Assembly: GCA_043718025.1 (NCBI GenBank)
Contig: JAYSWN010000020.1
Coordinates: 15,227 to 79,226, forward strand
DNA length: 64,000 nucleotides
Direction of reading: 5' to 3'
Source of the DNA: Pseudomonadota bacterium
GTDB taxonomy: Bacteria > Bdellovibrionota > FAC87 > UBA2466
The notes below the pieces were generated by a model. It did no database searches and was not told the DNA's origin. It was given only the letters and a program-made list of their open reading frames with translations. Positions 48,315-57,426 of the stretch are shown piece after piece. How positions within the stretch are numbered: position 1 is the stretch's first letter; each line of letters starts with the position of its first letter. A program made the translations under genes and the position numbers.

Positions 48315-49820
48315 ATGCGTAAAATCATTTTATTCGCTTTGTCGTCGGTACTCTGTTTAACCGCGGTGCGGGGGCAAGAAATAGTTAAGGCTAATCCGCC
48401 GCGCATTAAATCGACTGCGGAATTGCCACGCTTACCCGAGGGACGTTGGTACTCTCAAATAGTAGATCGCGCACGCGGCGTTATTCTTCATCGTGAAACG
48501 TTCATGATGATTCAGCCGAACGGAGAATCAAGCTCGCACTTTCTTGTCACCAGAGAGCAACCGCTTCCTGAGGGCTACCAGCCGGGTGACCTGGAAGCCG
48601 CTTTGCCCAAGGTGGAAACCAGTCATTGGTACACCTATTCGGAAACTGAAACGGAAAGGCGCGTTTGGGACACCTACTACGCTTTTGATTCTTATGGTTT
48701 CCGGCACACCCGTACCCGGTTTCTGCTTGAAGAGGGGATCAAAAAGAAGGCCGCCGAACCCGCTCCGATTGCCGTCACCCCGGTGGAGAAAAAAAAGGGG
48801 AAGCCGGTTAAACGCCCGTCTAAACTCGTGCCTCCCTCTGAGTTGGGAATGGCGCCGTTAGTGGGGGAGAGCAAAGGCGATTTAGCGGCGGATAAGTTAA
48901 CCCTGCCCGAGACCAAGATCGCGGAAGTAACCAAGAAAAAAACTGGGCCAGAAAGCCTATTGATTGAGGTCCCCGAAATGGCGACCACAATCGACTGGAA
49001 TAAAGATCTCCCAGAATTTTCAAATCGCGATCGCAACGCCATCATTAAGTTGCTGCGCACGACGGAGTCAGACTGCAGCCGTTGGCAATTTGATCTTTCT
49101 AAGCAATTTTTGACATGCACCGACGGCAAATGTCTGGTTAGGGACCGCGGAAAGGGAAATGTTGAAGTGCCCTTTCAAGTCGGCCTAGGCCGCGTCTGGG
49201 TGCTAAGCCTCGAGGCCGAGCGGCTAGCCTACGCCCTTGAAGAAGGTGACTTAAGTGCCAAAGAAGAGCGCGAGCAGATACTTCAAGTCGTGCGCCGGCT
49301 AGAATCCCTTGAAGCCTTGCTTGAATACTCGCACGGAAACTCAAAGAGTAATTACGTTGAGAAGATCGAGGAGAGTTTAGCGGCGCTCAAAAAAGGGTCA
49401 CGTAAATGGAATAGCTTCTCTAATCAGCAGGAGAAAGCCACGGCGCTGCGCTGGCAAGTGCTGGCGCGAGACATACAAGCCTTTACCGAACGATCGGCAA
49501 AACTGGCCCCTTCCGTTCCGAAAAACTTAAAGCAAACGGTCGAAGCAACGTCGTTGCAATTGAAGGACTTCATGGCTTCAGCCGGAAGCAAGCCGTGGCA
49601 GGCCAGCCACGAAGCGCAGTACGAGTTAGCGCGGCAACTTTACTTCGATACCACTGCCCCCTTGCGAGAGGTGTACCGAGATCTAGCGCGCCACGCCGAC
49701 ACGTTAAGGGACACGCCCGAAGACTACATCAATTTGCTGGTGCTCTTGGGGACGGCTGAAAACTTAGCGGTTTACGGCTGGACGATCATGGAAGAGCTGG
49801 CCGAAGGCGATGACAAATAA
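48315..49820 (+). CDS. Hypothetical secreted protein with N-terminal module Y
   Basis: Signal peptide; LPEGRWYSQ module; Lys/Pro linker; helical C-terminus. Confidence 0.7.
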   Translation: MRKIILFALSSVLCLTAVRGQEIVKANPPRIKSTAELPRLPEGRWYSQIVDRARGVILHRETFMMIQPNGESSSHFLVTREQPLPEGYQPGDLEAALPKVETSHWYTYSETETERRVWDTYYAFDSYGFRHTRTRFLLEEGIKKKAAEPAPIAVTPVEKKKGKPVKRPSKLVPPSELGMAPLVGESKGDLAADKLTLPETKIAEVTKKKTGPESLLIEVPEMATTIDWNKDLPEFSNRDRNAIIKLLRTTESDCSRWQFDLSKQFLTCTDGKCLVRDRGKGNVEVPFQVGLGRVWVLSLEAERLAYALEEGDLSAKEEREQILQVVRRLESLEALLEYSHGNSKSNYVEKIEESLAALKKGSRKWNSFSNQQEKATALRWQVLARDIQAFTERSAKLAPSVPKNLKQTVEATSLQLKDFMASAGSKPWQASHEAQYELARQLYFDTTAPLREVYRDLARHADTLRDTPEDYINLLVLLGTAENLAVYGWTIMEELAEGDDK

Positions 49821-49845
49821 TCCGACGATTTACCAAGGAGAACAA

Positions 49846-50742
49846 ATGGAAAAGCAAAAACAGATCCGAAAAAGCCAAACAACTTGGCTTTTTCTAAACG
49901 TAGTAACCGCGGCAATCTGTCTAAATGGCAGTCGCCTAAGCGCCCTGGGGGTGGTGGCACCCAACGGAGAAAACTCGAACCAGTACTTCCAAGTGGAAGA
50001 GACGTCGTTGTACCGATTTGATTGCCCCGAGGGCGTGGTGCCGACCGGCAATTCATGCGACGATAACAAAAGTCTCTTGGGAAACTACCCAAGAATCAGA
50101 AAGTCGATAGACTCTGAGCTTCAGCACGAAATTGGCAAGCTCGTAGTGGCCATCGAGGGAGAGACGCGATCGCTGAAAGAGAGTGACCCCGAAGTTAAGG
50201 CGATGCGCCAGTCGATACGTCAATATGGCGCCCAGTCTGATCAGATTGCCGTCACCATTTCAAAGACAGAGCAGCATATCGTGGCGGCGCAAAACAATTT
50301 GACGCTGATCGCCGCAGAGTTAAATACGATTGCCGAAGCGCTGAAGAAAGATCCGTCGGAAGAGCAGTTAAAAAGGCTACTCGCGCAACAAAAACGTTAC
50401 GCGGGCTTAAAAACCCGATACCAGTCCCAGAAAAAAACGCTTGAGCTCGAACTGGTAGCGGCCAAAGAAAGTAAAGAGGGGGTCAACGATTTGATTCAAT
50501 CTACCAACGTAAAGCTGAGTGACTACATGAAGGCCCTAGTGGTGAACTCAGCCGCACTGGAAAAGTTGGTCACGGCCAAGGGTCTCTACGATCGGGAACT
50601 CGGGCTGTTGCCCGAACTCGATGCCCGCGTCACCGACAAAGTCGCCTACGAACTTAAGCTGTGGGACGATCCTGGCGCGCCCGAACTCTTTGCCCGCATG
50701 CTCAAGCACGTTGGCATCTGCAAGCAGTCCAATCAGCAGTAA
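49846..50742 (+). CDS. Hypothetical exported coiled-coil protein
   Basis: SD AAGGAG before ATG 49846; hydrophobic N-region; long heptad-rich segment. Confidence 0.65.
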   Translation: MEKQKQIRKSQTTWLFLNVVTAAICLNGSRLSALGVVAPNGENSNQYFQVEETSLYRFDCPEGVVPTGNSCDDNKSLLGNYPRIRKSIDSELQHEIGKLVVAIEGETRSLKESDPEVKAMRQSIRQYGAQSDQIAVTISKTEQHIVAAQNNLTLIAAELNTIAEALKKDPSEEQLKRLLAQQKRYAGLKTRYQSQKKTLELELVAAKESKEGVNDLIQSTNVKLSDYMKALVVNSAALEKLVTAKGLYDRELGLLPELDARVTDKVAYELKLWDDPGAPELFARMLKHVGICKQSNQQ

Positions 50743-50755
50743 TTAAAGATTGTTG

Positions 50756-50788
50756 GTCTCCCTCCGTAACGATGGAGCGGGGGGAGAC
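50756..50788. terminator. Hairpin between convergent genes (terminator-like)
   Basis: 11-bp stem GTCTCCCTCCG/CGGGGGGAGAC just after the 50742 stop; no strong U-tract. Confidence 0.4.
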
Positions 50789-50900
50789 TGACGTTCAATT
50801 TGTTTCAGGGTAAGCCATGAATTCTCAGGGTGCCCGAAACGTGCCGTCGGGTCCGATTCGCTGAAACCGCTACCCGCCTGGCCGCATGTCGCCGTTTACT

Positions 50901-51551
50901 TCATTCGCCCATCATCTTCGCCAAAGCGGGTCGCTTACCGCAGCGTCTCACCCAATCGGCGACGTTTTTGTAGGCGCTTAAATCAAAGCCCATTGAAGCG
51001 ATCCATCCAACAAACGTCCACAGGTGCGTATCCGCAAGAGTGTAGTCGCTCAAAATGAAGGGATGACCCTGTAAAGCTTCCTCTAGGACTTTCAAGCAGT
51101 TTGATAGGTCGTCCAAAGCCCGCTTCCGAGCGGCCGGACTTCGCTGATCTACCGGCACCCAATCTCGTGATCCTTCTACGGCCCCACCGTCCTTTCCGGG
51201 AGGAAGAGAGGCAGCAAGGCGCCCGCCCGCCTCGGCAAGAGTGACATTTCCCCAAACTATCCATTTCATTGCTTCACCACGACGTAGACCCGATGTTGGG
51301 TATAGATGGCGCTCGACGCCGAACGTCTCACCAAGATACATCGTGATCGCTGCCGATTCCCAGATCGGCACCCCATCGTGAACAATGACCGGCACTCGTC
51401 CATTCGGGTTGAGGGTGAGAAAGTCTTGCTTGCGCGTATCACCTTTTTGAATGCTTATTTCTACACGCTCACAGGGTATCTGCAGCTCAGCAAGGACGGC
51501 TTCAGTAACTGTTGAGGTGGACATTGGGGCAAAATAAAAGCTTAGAGTCAT
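50901..51551 (-). CDS. Glutathione S-transferase family protein
   Basis: LNPNGRVPVI, ESAAI..YL, YTLAD. Confidence 0.92.
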   Translation of the reverse strand: MTLSFYFAPMSTSTVTEAVLAELQIPCERVEISIQKGDTRKQDFLTLNPNGRVPVIVHDGVPIWESAAITMYLGETFGVERHLYPTSGLRRGEAMKWIVWGNVTLAEAGGRLAASLPPGKDGGAVEGSRDWVPVDQRSPAARKRALDDLSNCLKVLEEALQGHPFILSDYTLADTHLWTFVGWIASMGFDLSAYKNVADWVRRCGKRPALAKMMGE

Positions 51552-51642
51552 TGGCAACCAGCTCCATTGAATAGAAATTCACACCGGTTTGTAAACTGGC
51601 CGATGGTTAGCAACAGGGTCAATTGAATACTCCTCTGTAGAT

Positions 51643-51705
51643 TATTTACCTGCACCAAACCGTCGACCGAGAAACCAGCACTACTTTGCTCCCGCTAATG
51701 GAGAG
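51643..51705 (+). repeat. 63-bp inverted repeat, left copy
   Basis: Reverse complement matches 52480-52542 at 56/63 positions. Confidence 0.9.
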
Positions 51706-51733
51706 GCTCTTATCATCGCTGGGCTAGCGACCG

Positions 51734-51903
51734 CTATATTTCAAGGTCCACTTCGGAATTATGGAACTGGAGCTCGCTACCCGGTTCGGCGTTACCGGTA
51801 ACCTCCCGCGTCCACCAGTTTGATAGTCCCGATATAGTAGAAAGCGCAGCCGTCGTTTTTTCAACTGACGCCTTAACCGTCATCTGGTGTTGAATCATGC
51901 CAT
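51734..51903 (-). pseudogene. Truncated SRPBCC/AHSA1-family gene
   Basis: MIQHQMTVKASVEKTTAALSTISGLSNWWTREVTG...LQF then an early TAG; the SD-linked ATG at 51903 is out of frame (ATGGCATGATT). Confidence 0.7.
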
Positions 51904-51956
51904 GAAGACCTCAAGCTTGGTTTGCGCAGAGGCGTTTTCGCCTCTGCAGGTTTTTC

Positions 51957-52346
51957 TTATTTACTCTCGTGGTTGTGCCACAACGCCACCTGGGCGCCGC
52001 TTGGGTCTCTCACGACCGCAAAACGGCCCACGCCAGAAATTTCCTGCGCCGGTTGAACTACCGAGCCTTTCAGGCGGACCGCGTTTTCCACGGCTTTATC
52101 AACGTCATCCACATAGACGTAGTCAAGCCATTGGCTCGAGCCAGATTTCATTGCGCTGCCCATCGGTTTTACGCCGGCCTGCTGCTCGGCTCCTCGTTGA
52201 AACATAAGGTATGCCGATCCGTCGTTCATTGGCATTGTGCTGCGCTTCCAACCGAACAGCCCTTCGTAAAATGACTTCACTCCATCGGCATTGGGCGTTA
52301 CCAGTTCGTGCCAACAAAACGGCCCATGTTCAAATTTTTTTTCCAT
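51957..52346 (-). CDS. VOC (glyoxalase/bleomycin-resistance) family protein
   Basis: FCWHELVT, FYEGLFGW, WLDYVYVDDVD, GRFAVVRDPSGA. Confidence 0.92.
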   Translation of the reverse strand: MEKKFEHGPFCWHELVTPNADGVKSFYEGLFGWKRSTMPMNDGSAYLMFQRGAEQQAGVKPMGSAMKSGSSQWLDYVYVDDVDKAVENAVRLKGSVVQPAQEISGVGRFAVVRDPSGAQVALWHNHESK

Positions 52347-52479
52347 CACTCTCTCCGTTTAATTAGCGGGCATGACGCCCAGCGGTTGGCACCGTAGTGG
52401 AATGCTGTGGGGGGGCTCAAGCCTCGCCCTTCACATTGGGAGTTTTAATTGGAAAAGCGGTTAGTTAAAAAAAGTTCGT

Positions 52480-52542
52480 CTATCCATAAGGGAGAGCAAA
52501 GTAGTGATGGTTTCTCGGTCGACGGTGTGGTGCAAGTAAATA
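52480..52542 (-). repeat. 63-bp inverted repeat, right copy
   Basis: CTATCCATAAGGGAGAGCAAAGTAGTGATGGTTTCTCGGTCGACGGTGTGGTGCAAGTAAATA; inverse of 51643-51705. Confidence 0.9.
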
Positions 52543-52759
52543 CAACTTAGTGCGAACCATTCCTGCGGTAGTGCATTCATTTCTCTTTTCATTCCGAACG
52601 GATTTCCTCAGAAATGCATCCGCAACCTTTCCGGCCGGAAAGTGGATGGGCACCTTTACCACGTGAAATGGGTAAAGTCTGGGGAGCGTGGGGGTTTGCC
52701 AAAAGTGGACACTCAATATGGAAGTATAAAGCCTCATTTCCCGCCAGGCGTCTAATCCA

Positions 52760-53287
52760 TTAGACGTCTCGACGCCAGTACACCGAACTGAGTATCCCAT
52801 CCCCATATGCATAGGGCACGAGTCGTATCCTCTTCATGCCAAGCTTTTCGCAAATACGGTTGGACGCGGTATTGTTTTCGCTCGGAAATGCGGTGATCAC
52901 TTTTGCCGACAGCTTTTGCACCGCATGGTCTGCAAGTGCATTTGCTGCTTCGAACGCAACGCCCTGACGCCAAAACTTCGGAAACACCCACCAACCAATT
53001 TCGAAAACCTTTTCTCCATCCAAGTCGGTGTAGAAGAGAACCACGGACCCCACGACCTCCTTCGTAGTTTTGTTTTGAATAAGGCATGGCCCCAGCGATT
53101 CGGTTTCCCACAGCTTAAGCCACTTCTGGAAACGAGCCTTCCCGGCTTCCACGCTCATTGGCCCACCGAGGTACGTCATCATGGACGGATCCTGATACAC
53201 GAACAAAAAGAGAGCCTCGTCAGTCGGTAGAATCTCGACTAGCTCAAAGCGAGTGGATGTGGTTATCCGTCGGCGTTTCAATTGCAC
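52760..53287 (-). CDS. GNAT N-acetyltransferase (RimJ/RimL-like)
   Basis: EIGWWV.P.FWRQG.A.EA, N.ASNRICEKLGM. Confidence 0.9.
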   Translation of the reverse strand: MQLKRRRITTSTRFELVEILPTDEALFLFVYQDPSMMTYLGGPMSVEAGKARFQKWLKLWETESLGPCLIQNKTTKEVVGSVVLFYTDLDGEKVFEIGWWVFPKFWRQGVAFEAANALADHAVQKLSAKVITAFPSENNTASNRICEKLGMKRIRLVPYAYGDGILSSVYWRRDV

Positions 53288-53638
53288 AGATATTAAGAAT
53301 TACACAATTATGCGCAATTGTATCTGATGCATGACCCTGCATGAGAGTGGAACGCTTTGTGTTTAGTTCGATTGTTGAGCCCGCCTAAACAGCACTAGCC
53401 CCGAAGTGAGGTCGTTTCCCCCAAGACAAAAAGGCAGAATGGGTACCTGCTTACGGGTCAATCACCCGATAGACAATTTCGACCCCTTCGGAATCAACGG
53501 TGACAACTTTTGCTCCAAACCACTGAGTTGTAGTCGGTTCTCCGTTCTGGGGTAGAGGAAATGAAAAACGGTACCCACTTACTGTCCAGGCAATTCTCTT
53601 TTATAGGAGTTCGGCGCATTCTCTTCTAAAATTCATCA

Positions 53639-54454
53639 ATGCCCAGTCAAACCGCCAGAGGCGCCCTGATCTTTACTTGCCTCGTTTTAATTTGGGGAGC
53701 CAGATGTTTTGCCGCCTCACCTTACGATGGCAAAACGGCCTATGAAATTTTAGAAATCTTACCTGGTCAGCTGGTTGGTCTTTCCGAAGCACAGGCTCAG
53801 GATTTCATAAAGAGGGCCCAGAGGCGGCTGGCCATACGCCTACACCCAGATAAAATGCACATGAAACAGCACGACGAAAAAACGAAGCTTCAAATGATGG
53901 CACAGGTAAATAGTGCTGCCGATGAATTGAAAAAGCGGTTTGGAAGGGGATCTAAAGCTAATTCCTCAAAACGTGGTACCGACGGTGGGGACACCTTTAA
54001 TTCGGCGGATTTTTTTCGCCGCGCACAGGATGATGGCTATGCGATTTACAAGCAAATGGAATCAGAGCGCGCAGCGAGTATGAACCCCGACCAGCGGTTT
54101 CCTTCTTCACCCACCAGGGCCACTTGGGCGGCTCTGATGGGCGGCGGTTTTGGCGATTTGAACTTTTATCGGCGGTATCCGGCTACCGAGGCCGCTTTTT
54201 TGGAATTCATGCGTGAGCACCTTGACGACCTTTTTGATCCGCGTGCCGAATGGCCTTTGAATAAAGAGGAGGTAGAAAAACTTGAGGGTGCGGTGGAAAG
54301 GTCGGGAAATCCAGCCGACCTCGCCAAAGCGGTCTGGTCGTGGAAGCAAGCAAAGGGTTGGGAAGTGGGGCCAGACCCCTGCCACTTCGCGGAGTTGAGC
54401 GGCGCGCCAAAGCGCGGCCTCCCGGCGCCATCTCGTCGTCGCAAGTCTAAGTAA
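53639..54454 (+). CDS. Signal-peptide-bearing J-domain (DnaJ-like) protein
   Basis: AYEILEI, IKRAQRRLAIRLHPDK, VNSAADEL after a hydrophobic signal ending CFA. Confidence 0.75.
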   Translation: MPSQTARGALIFTCLVLIWGARCFAASPYDGKTAYEILEILPGQLVGLSEAQAQDFIKRAQRRLAIRLHPDKMHMKQHDEKTKLQMMAQVNSAADELKKRFGRGSKANSSKRGTDGGDTFNSADFFRRAQDDGYAIYKQMESERAASMNPDQRFPSSPTRATWAALMGGGFGDLNFYRRYPATEAAFLEFMREHLDDLFDPRAEWPLNKEEVEKLEGAVERSGNPADLAKAVWSWKQAKGWEVGPDPCHFAELSGAPKRGLPAPSRRRKSK

Positions 54455-54527
54455 ATACCGCTACCCGACGAATCGGAGAAAATCGAAAATCGTGAGTAGA
54501 GGATTTTTTTGGCTTTGGCCAAAAAAA

Positions 54528-54617
54528 TGGCGGAGAGGGGGAGATTCGAACTCCCGAAAGGGTTGCCCCTTTAACGGTTTTCAAGACCGCCGCGTTCAAC
54601 CGCTCTGCCACCTCTCC
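54528..54617 (-). tRNA. tRNA-Ser(TGA)
   Basis: GGAGAGGTGGCAGAGCGG...CTTGAAA...long variable arm...GTTCGAATC...GCCA; 90 nt with encoded CCA. Confidence 0.97.
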
Positions 54618-54657
54618 ATAAGTTTTTTTAAGACCGGCGTCATGCTATCGTGTGAAC

Positions 54658-55854
54658 GTGACGACACCAAGTCCCAAATTTGACTACCCATGGCCTTTAC
54701 TACGAGTAATCGTAGAAGGCAGCTCAATTCTTGATATTGCCAAGCTTGAAGTCAAGAACATGGAAGAGGCCACCCAGTTTATCGAGGCCTATGGTTTTGA
54801 ACCGTCGAATGCTCGCGACCAAGAGTTGATGTGGGGCTTTTTCGAAGAGGCCGTGGAGTTTTTAGAAAAATCTCTCGCCGATCCGGAATACCCCAAAGTT
54901 CCCGAACACCTGAGAAGCCGCAAGGCCGTGAGCGACATCCGGCGACTGCTGCTATTAGCCTCCGAAACCAATCCCAGCGTCGACCGCACCTATGCCTGCG
55001 CGCTACTGCGATTGATCCACATTCACATTCATTTAGCTCACGACCCCCGCCTCCGTTTTTTTGAACAAGTGCAGAGTCAGGTTTTAAACCGCATGGACCG
55101 GTACATCTTCACCGACGATAAGTCGGGAGTGACCTACCTTGGCTCGTCTGACCCCAATGCCGAACGCATCAAGCTGCTTTTTTACAAAAAGAAAGATCAC
55201 AAAGACCGGGTTCGCGAGATCATCAAACTACTGCACAAGACCGATAGCCTGGTAGAAGACATTTACGATCGCATTGGATTTCGTCTGGTCACCGAAACCA
55301 AGATCGATGCGGTACGCGCCGTGCGTTTGCTAATCGAAAAAAATATTGTTGGCGTACCGAACATCCGCCCGGGCAGATCGCGCAACCGGTTGGTGGACTG
55401 GAAGCGACTTACGTTTGAGATCGACCGCATTAAAGTACACCAGCAAAAAAGCGGCGAGTCGGCGGCTTACGTCGAGAAGATGGTAAAGCGGCTTGAAAAA
55501 CGGATCGCCGCTTCGCGTCCTGGCCGAAGCCTATTTAACCTCCACTCCAGCGAATACTTTCGAGCGATTCAATTCACCGCGCGAGAGTTGGTTAAGGTTA
55601 AAAACCCGGCCTACCAAACCTACCAGAAGTGCAAAAGTGAGATGGAAAAGGTGCCGGGAGGGGCCGAGATTTTAGGCCGGCTTTACCCTGAAGAGGTCGA
55701 GGCTTTCGAATATTTTTTCTTCCCCTACGAAATTCAAATTATGGATGTCAAGTCCTACGCCGACAGCATTTTTGGTAAGAGCAATCATGAAGAGTACCGC
55801 CGAAAGCAGCTTACCGCGGCCAGAAATCGCGTGCTTGGACGCGGGGTGTTGTAA
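54658..55854 (+). CDS. TIGR04552-like protein (RelA/SpoT-type nucleotidyltransferase fold)
   Basis: KLLHK, DIYDRIGFRLVT, FRAIQFT.R, FFFPYEIQIMD, H..YR..Q..AARNRV; start GTG 54658 or 54652. Confidence 0.75.
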   Translation: MTTPSPKFDYPWPLLRVIVEGSSILDIAKLEVKNMEEATQFIEAYGFEPSNARDQELMWGFFEEAVEFLEKSLADPEYPKVPEHLRSRKAVSDIRRLLLLASETNPSVDRTYACALLRLIHIHIHLAHDPRLRFFEQVQSQVLNRMDRYIFTDDKSGVTYLGSSDPNAERIKLLFYKKKDHKDRVREIIKLLHKTDSLVEDIYDRIGFRLVTETKIDAVRAVRLLIEKNIVGVPNIRPGRSRNRLVDWKRLTFEIDRIKVHQQKSGESAAYVEKMVKRLEKRIAASRPGRSLFNLHSSEYFRAIQFTARELVKVKNPAYQTYQKCKSEMEKVPGGAEILGRLYPEEVEAFEYFFFPYEIQIMDVKSYADSIFGKSNHEEYRRKQLTAARNRVLGRGVL

Positions 55855-55895
55855 GCTTCCTGCTTCACCACTTCAATTCGCGATATAATTACAGA

Positions 55896-57425
55896 GTGGA
55901 ACCCGCCGCCCTTTCCCAACAATATTACGTCGGCCAAAACGGTGAGCAGAACGGACCGTTTTCCGAAGCCGAGATCGTAAACCAAATCCGCCAAGGAATG
56001 GTCGGCGAAGACGCCCTCGTTTGGCATGACGGCATGGCCGAATGGCAGCCGATCAAAAGCATCGAACGATTCCTCGAAGCCTTTCAGGGCGGCAGCGGCG
56101 GCACGGGAGTCAGCGAAATTGGCGCCTTGCAAGATCTCACCGTGGCCGACCCCTGGGGCTCAGGCCCCACCTCCACTACCCACACTGAAGAAGAACAAGA
56201 AGAGATTGCGGCAAAAAAGGAACGCGCCGTTACTAAAAAAGGGCTGAAAAAATTCAGGCATAGCGAAGTTTCTACTTTTGCGTTCAACGACAAAGAGGCC
56301 AAACCCATCTATCGAGACGGCGCTATCCGCGCCGCGGGCAAGTACCTGAAGCGGCGTTTCAGCCTGGTGTTCTTTGGCGGAATTCTTTTTGCGGTGGCTT
56401 ACGGTGGTTACCATCTCTTTATTTCGATGATCGACTCGGACAATAGCGAAACGCCGACGGAAGCCCCAAAAAAACGTGGTTCGCGTTTTCCGAAGTCTGG
56501 CGGACGATCTCCGGCCGAAGGCGCTAAAACCATTCCGGTAATCGATAACAGCGTTCGCGCGGCTGAACTACAAAAGGCCAAGGCCGATTTGTTACTGAAT
56601 TCTGACCAGGCCATGCGATTGTTAGAAAAACTGGTCGAAGGCAACCCCGAAGACTTGGTGGGGAAAGACGCATTAGAAACCGCCCTTACTTACTATAAAA
56701 CTAACCAACGACGCACCGAAGCCGGTCGCCTGTACATGAAGGCCAAACGAAATCTAGAGGCATCGAAGTTTTTCTTGGAAGATCCGCCGTCCTACGACTT
56801 AGCCGATCAAGCTCTATTCGCCGCCTACCAACAGAGCCGATCGTCCAATCGGTCCGAAATCTTAATTCAAGACATTCAGATTTTGCTTGGCCCCCTAAAC
56901 CGGCCCGATGTGGCGCGCGAGCGGATAAAGATATTGGAAAAGAACTTTCCCCGACTCAAACACCCCTTTGCCTATTACCTAAAGTCTATCGATGGTCGTA
57001 TCGCCGACATTTTTAACCGTTTGTCCTTTTATTTCGTGCAAAACATACTTCAACACGTGGCCACCGAGTTTCAAGCGATGACGTGGACATCACGCCCGGT
57101 GGTAGAAATTCTGCGCCTGCGCGACGGTAAATACCGCATTGCCGCCCGCTATCGTGGCGACGTGCTCTTGAGCCGGGACCAACTCAGGGATATCAACTTT
57201 GTGTTTTGGCTCGATGGAGAACAGTGGAAGCTGGTGGAAACCAACGTCACCGAAGAACGCCAGCGATTTTCGGCGCAAGAAAAAGAGCGGCAGCAAAAAC
57301 GCGCGGTTCTAGCATCGTCGATGCTGGAGTACCTAGAGAATTTATTTAGAACTCGATTTCCAAAAAGTCGCCTTCACGAGGCAGTGTCGGAAACCAATGA
57401 TGATCGAAAGAACGCGTCGGAATAA
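55896..57425 (+). CDS. GYF_2 (DUF4339) domain membrane protein
   Basis: YYVGQNGEQNGPF...LVWHDGMAEWQP; single TM; helical TPR-like C-terminal region. Confidence 0.75.
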   Translation: MEPAALSQQYYVGQNGEQNGPFSEAEIVNQIRQGMVGEDALVWHDGMAEWQPIKSIERFLEAFQGGSGGTGVSEIGALQDLTVADPWGSGPTSTTHTEEEQEEIAAKKERAVTKKGLKKFRHSEVSTFAFNDKEAKPIYRDGAIRAAGKYLKRRFSLVFFGGILFAVAYGGYHLFISMIDSDNSETPTEAPKKRGSRFPKSGGRSPAEGAKTIPVIDNSVRAAELQKAKADLLLNSDQAMRLLEKLVEGNPEDLVGKDALETALTYYKTNQRRTEAGRLYMKAKRNLEASKFFLEDPPSYDLADQALFAAYQQSRSSNRSEILIQDIQILLGPLNRPDVARERIKILEKNFPRLKHPFAYYLKSIDGRIADIFNRLSFYFVQNILQHVATEFQAMTWTSRPVVEILRLRDGKYRIAARYRGDVLLSRDQLRDINFVFWLDGEQWKLVETNVTEERQRFSAQEKERQQKRAVLASSMLEYLENLFRTRFPKSRLHEAVSETNDDRKNASE

Positions 57426-57426
57426 C

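Noticed and set aside
42684..50870. GCTGAAACCGC direct repeat as island att sites
   Set aside because: Only 11 bp, occurs again near 59117 inside a gene, and is unrelated to the tRNA end.
50901..53287. Integron cassette array (small co-oriented GST, VOC, GNAT genes)
   Set aside because: No integrase, and I could not find RYYYAAC...GTTRRRY attC structures after the genes.
54504..54527. Intrinsic terminator after tRNA-Ser (T7GGC-TTTG-GCCA7)
   Set aside because: The palindrome is real, but T runs precede and A runs follow the short GC core on both strands, the reverse of terminator geometry.
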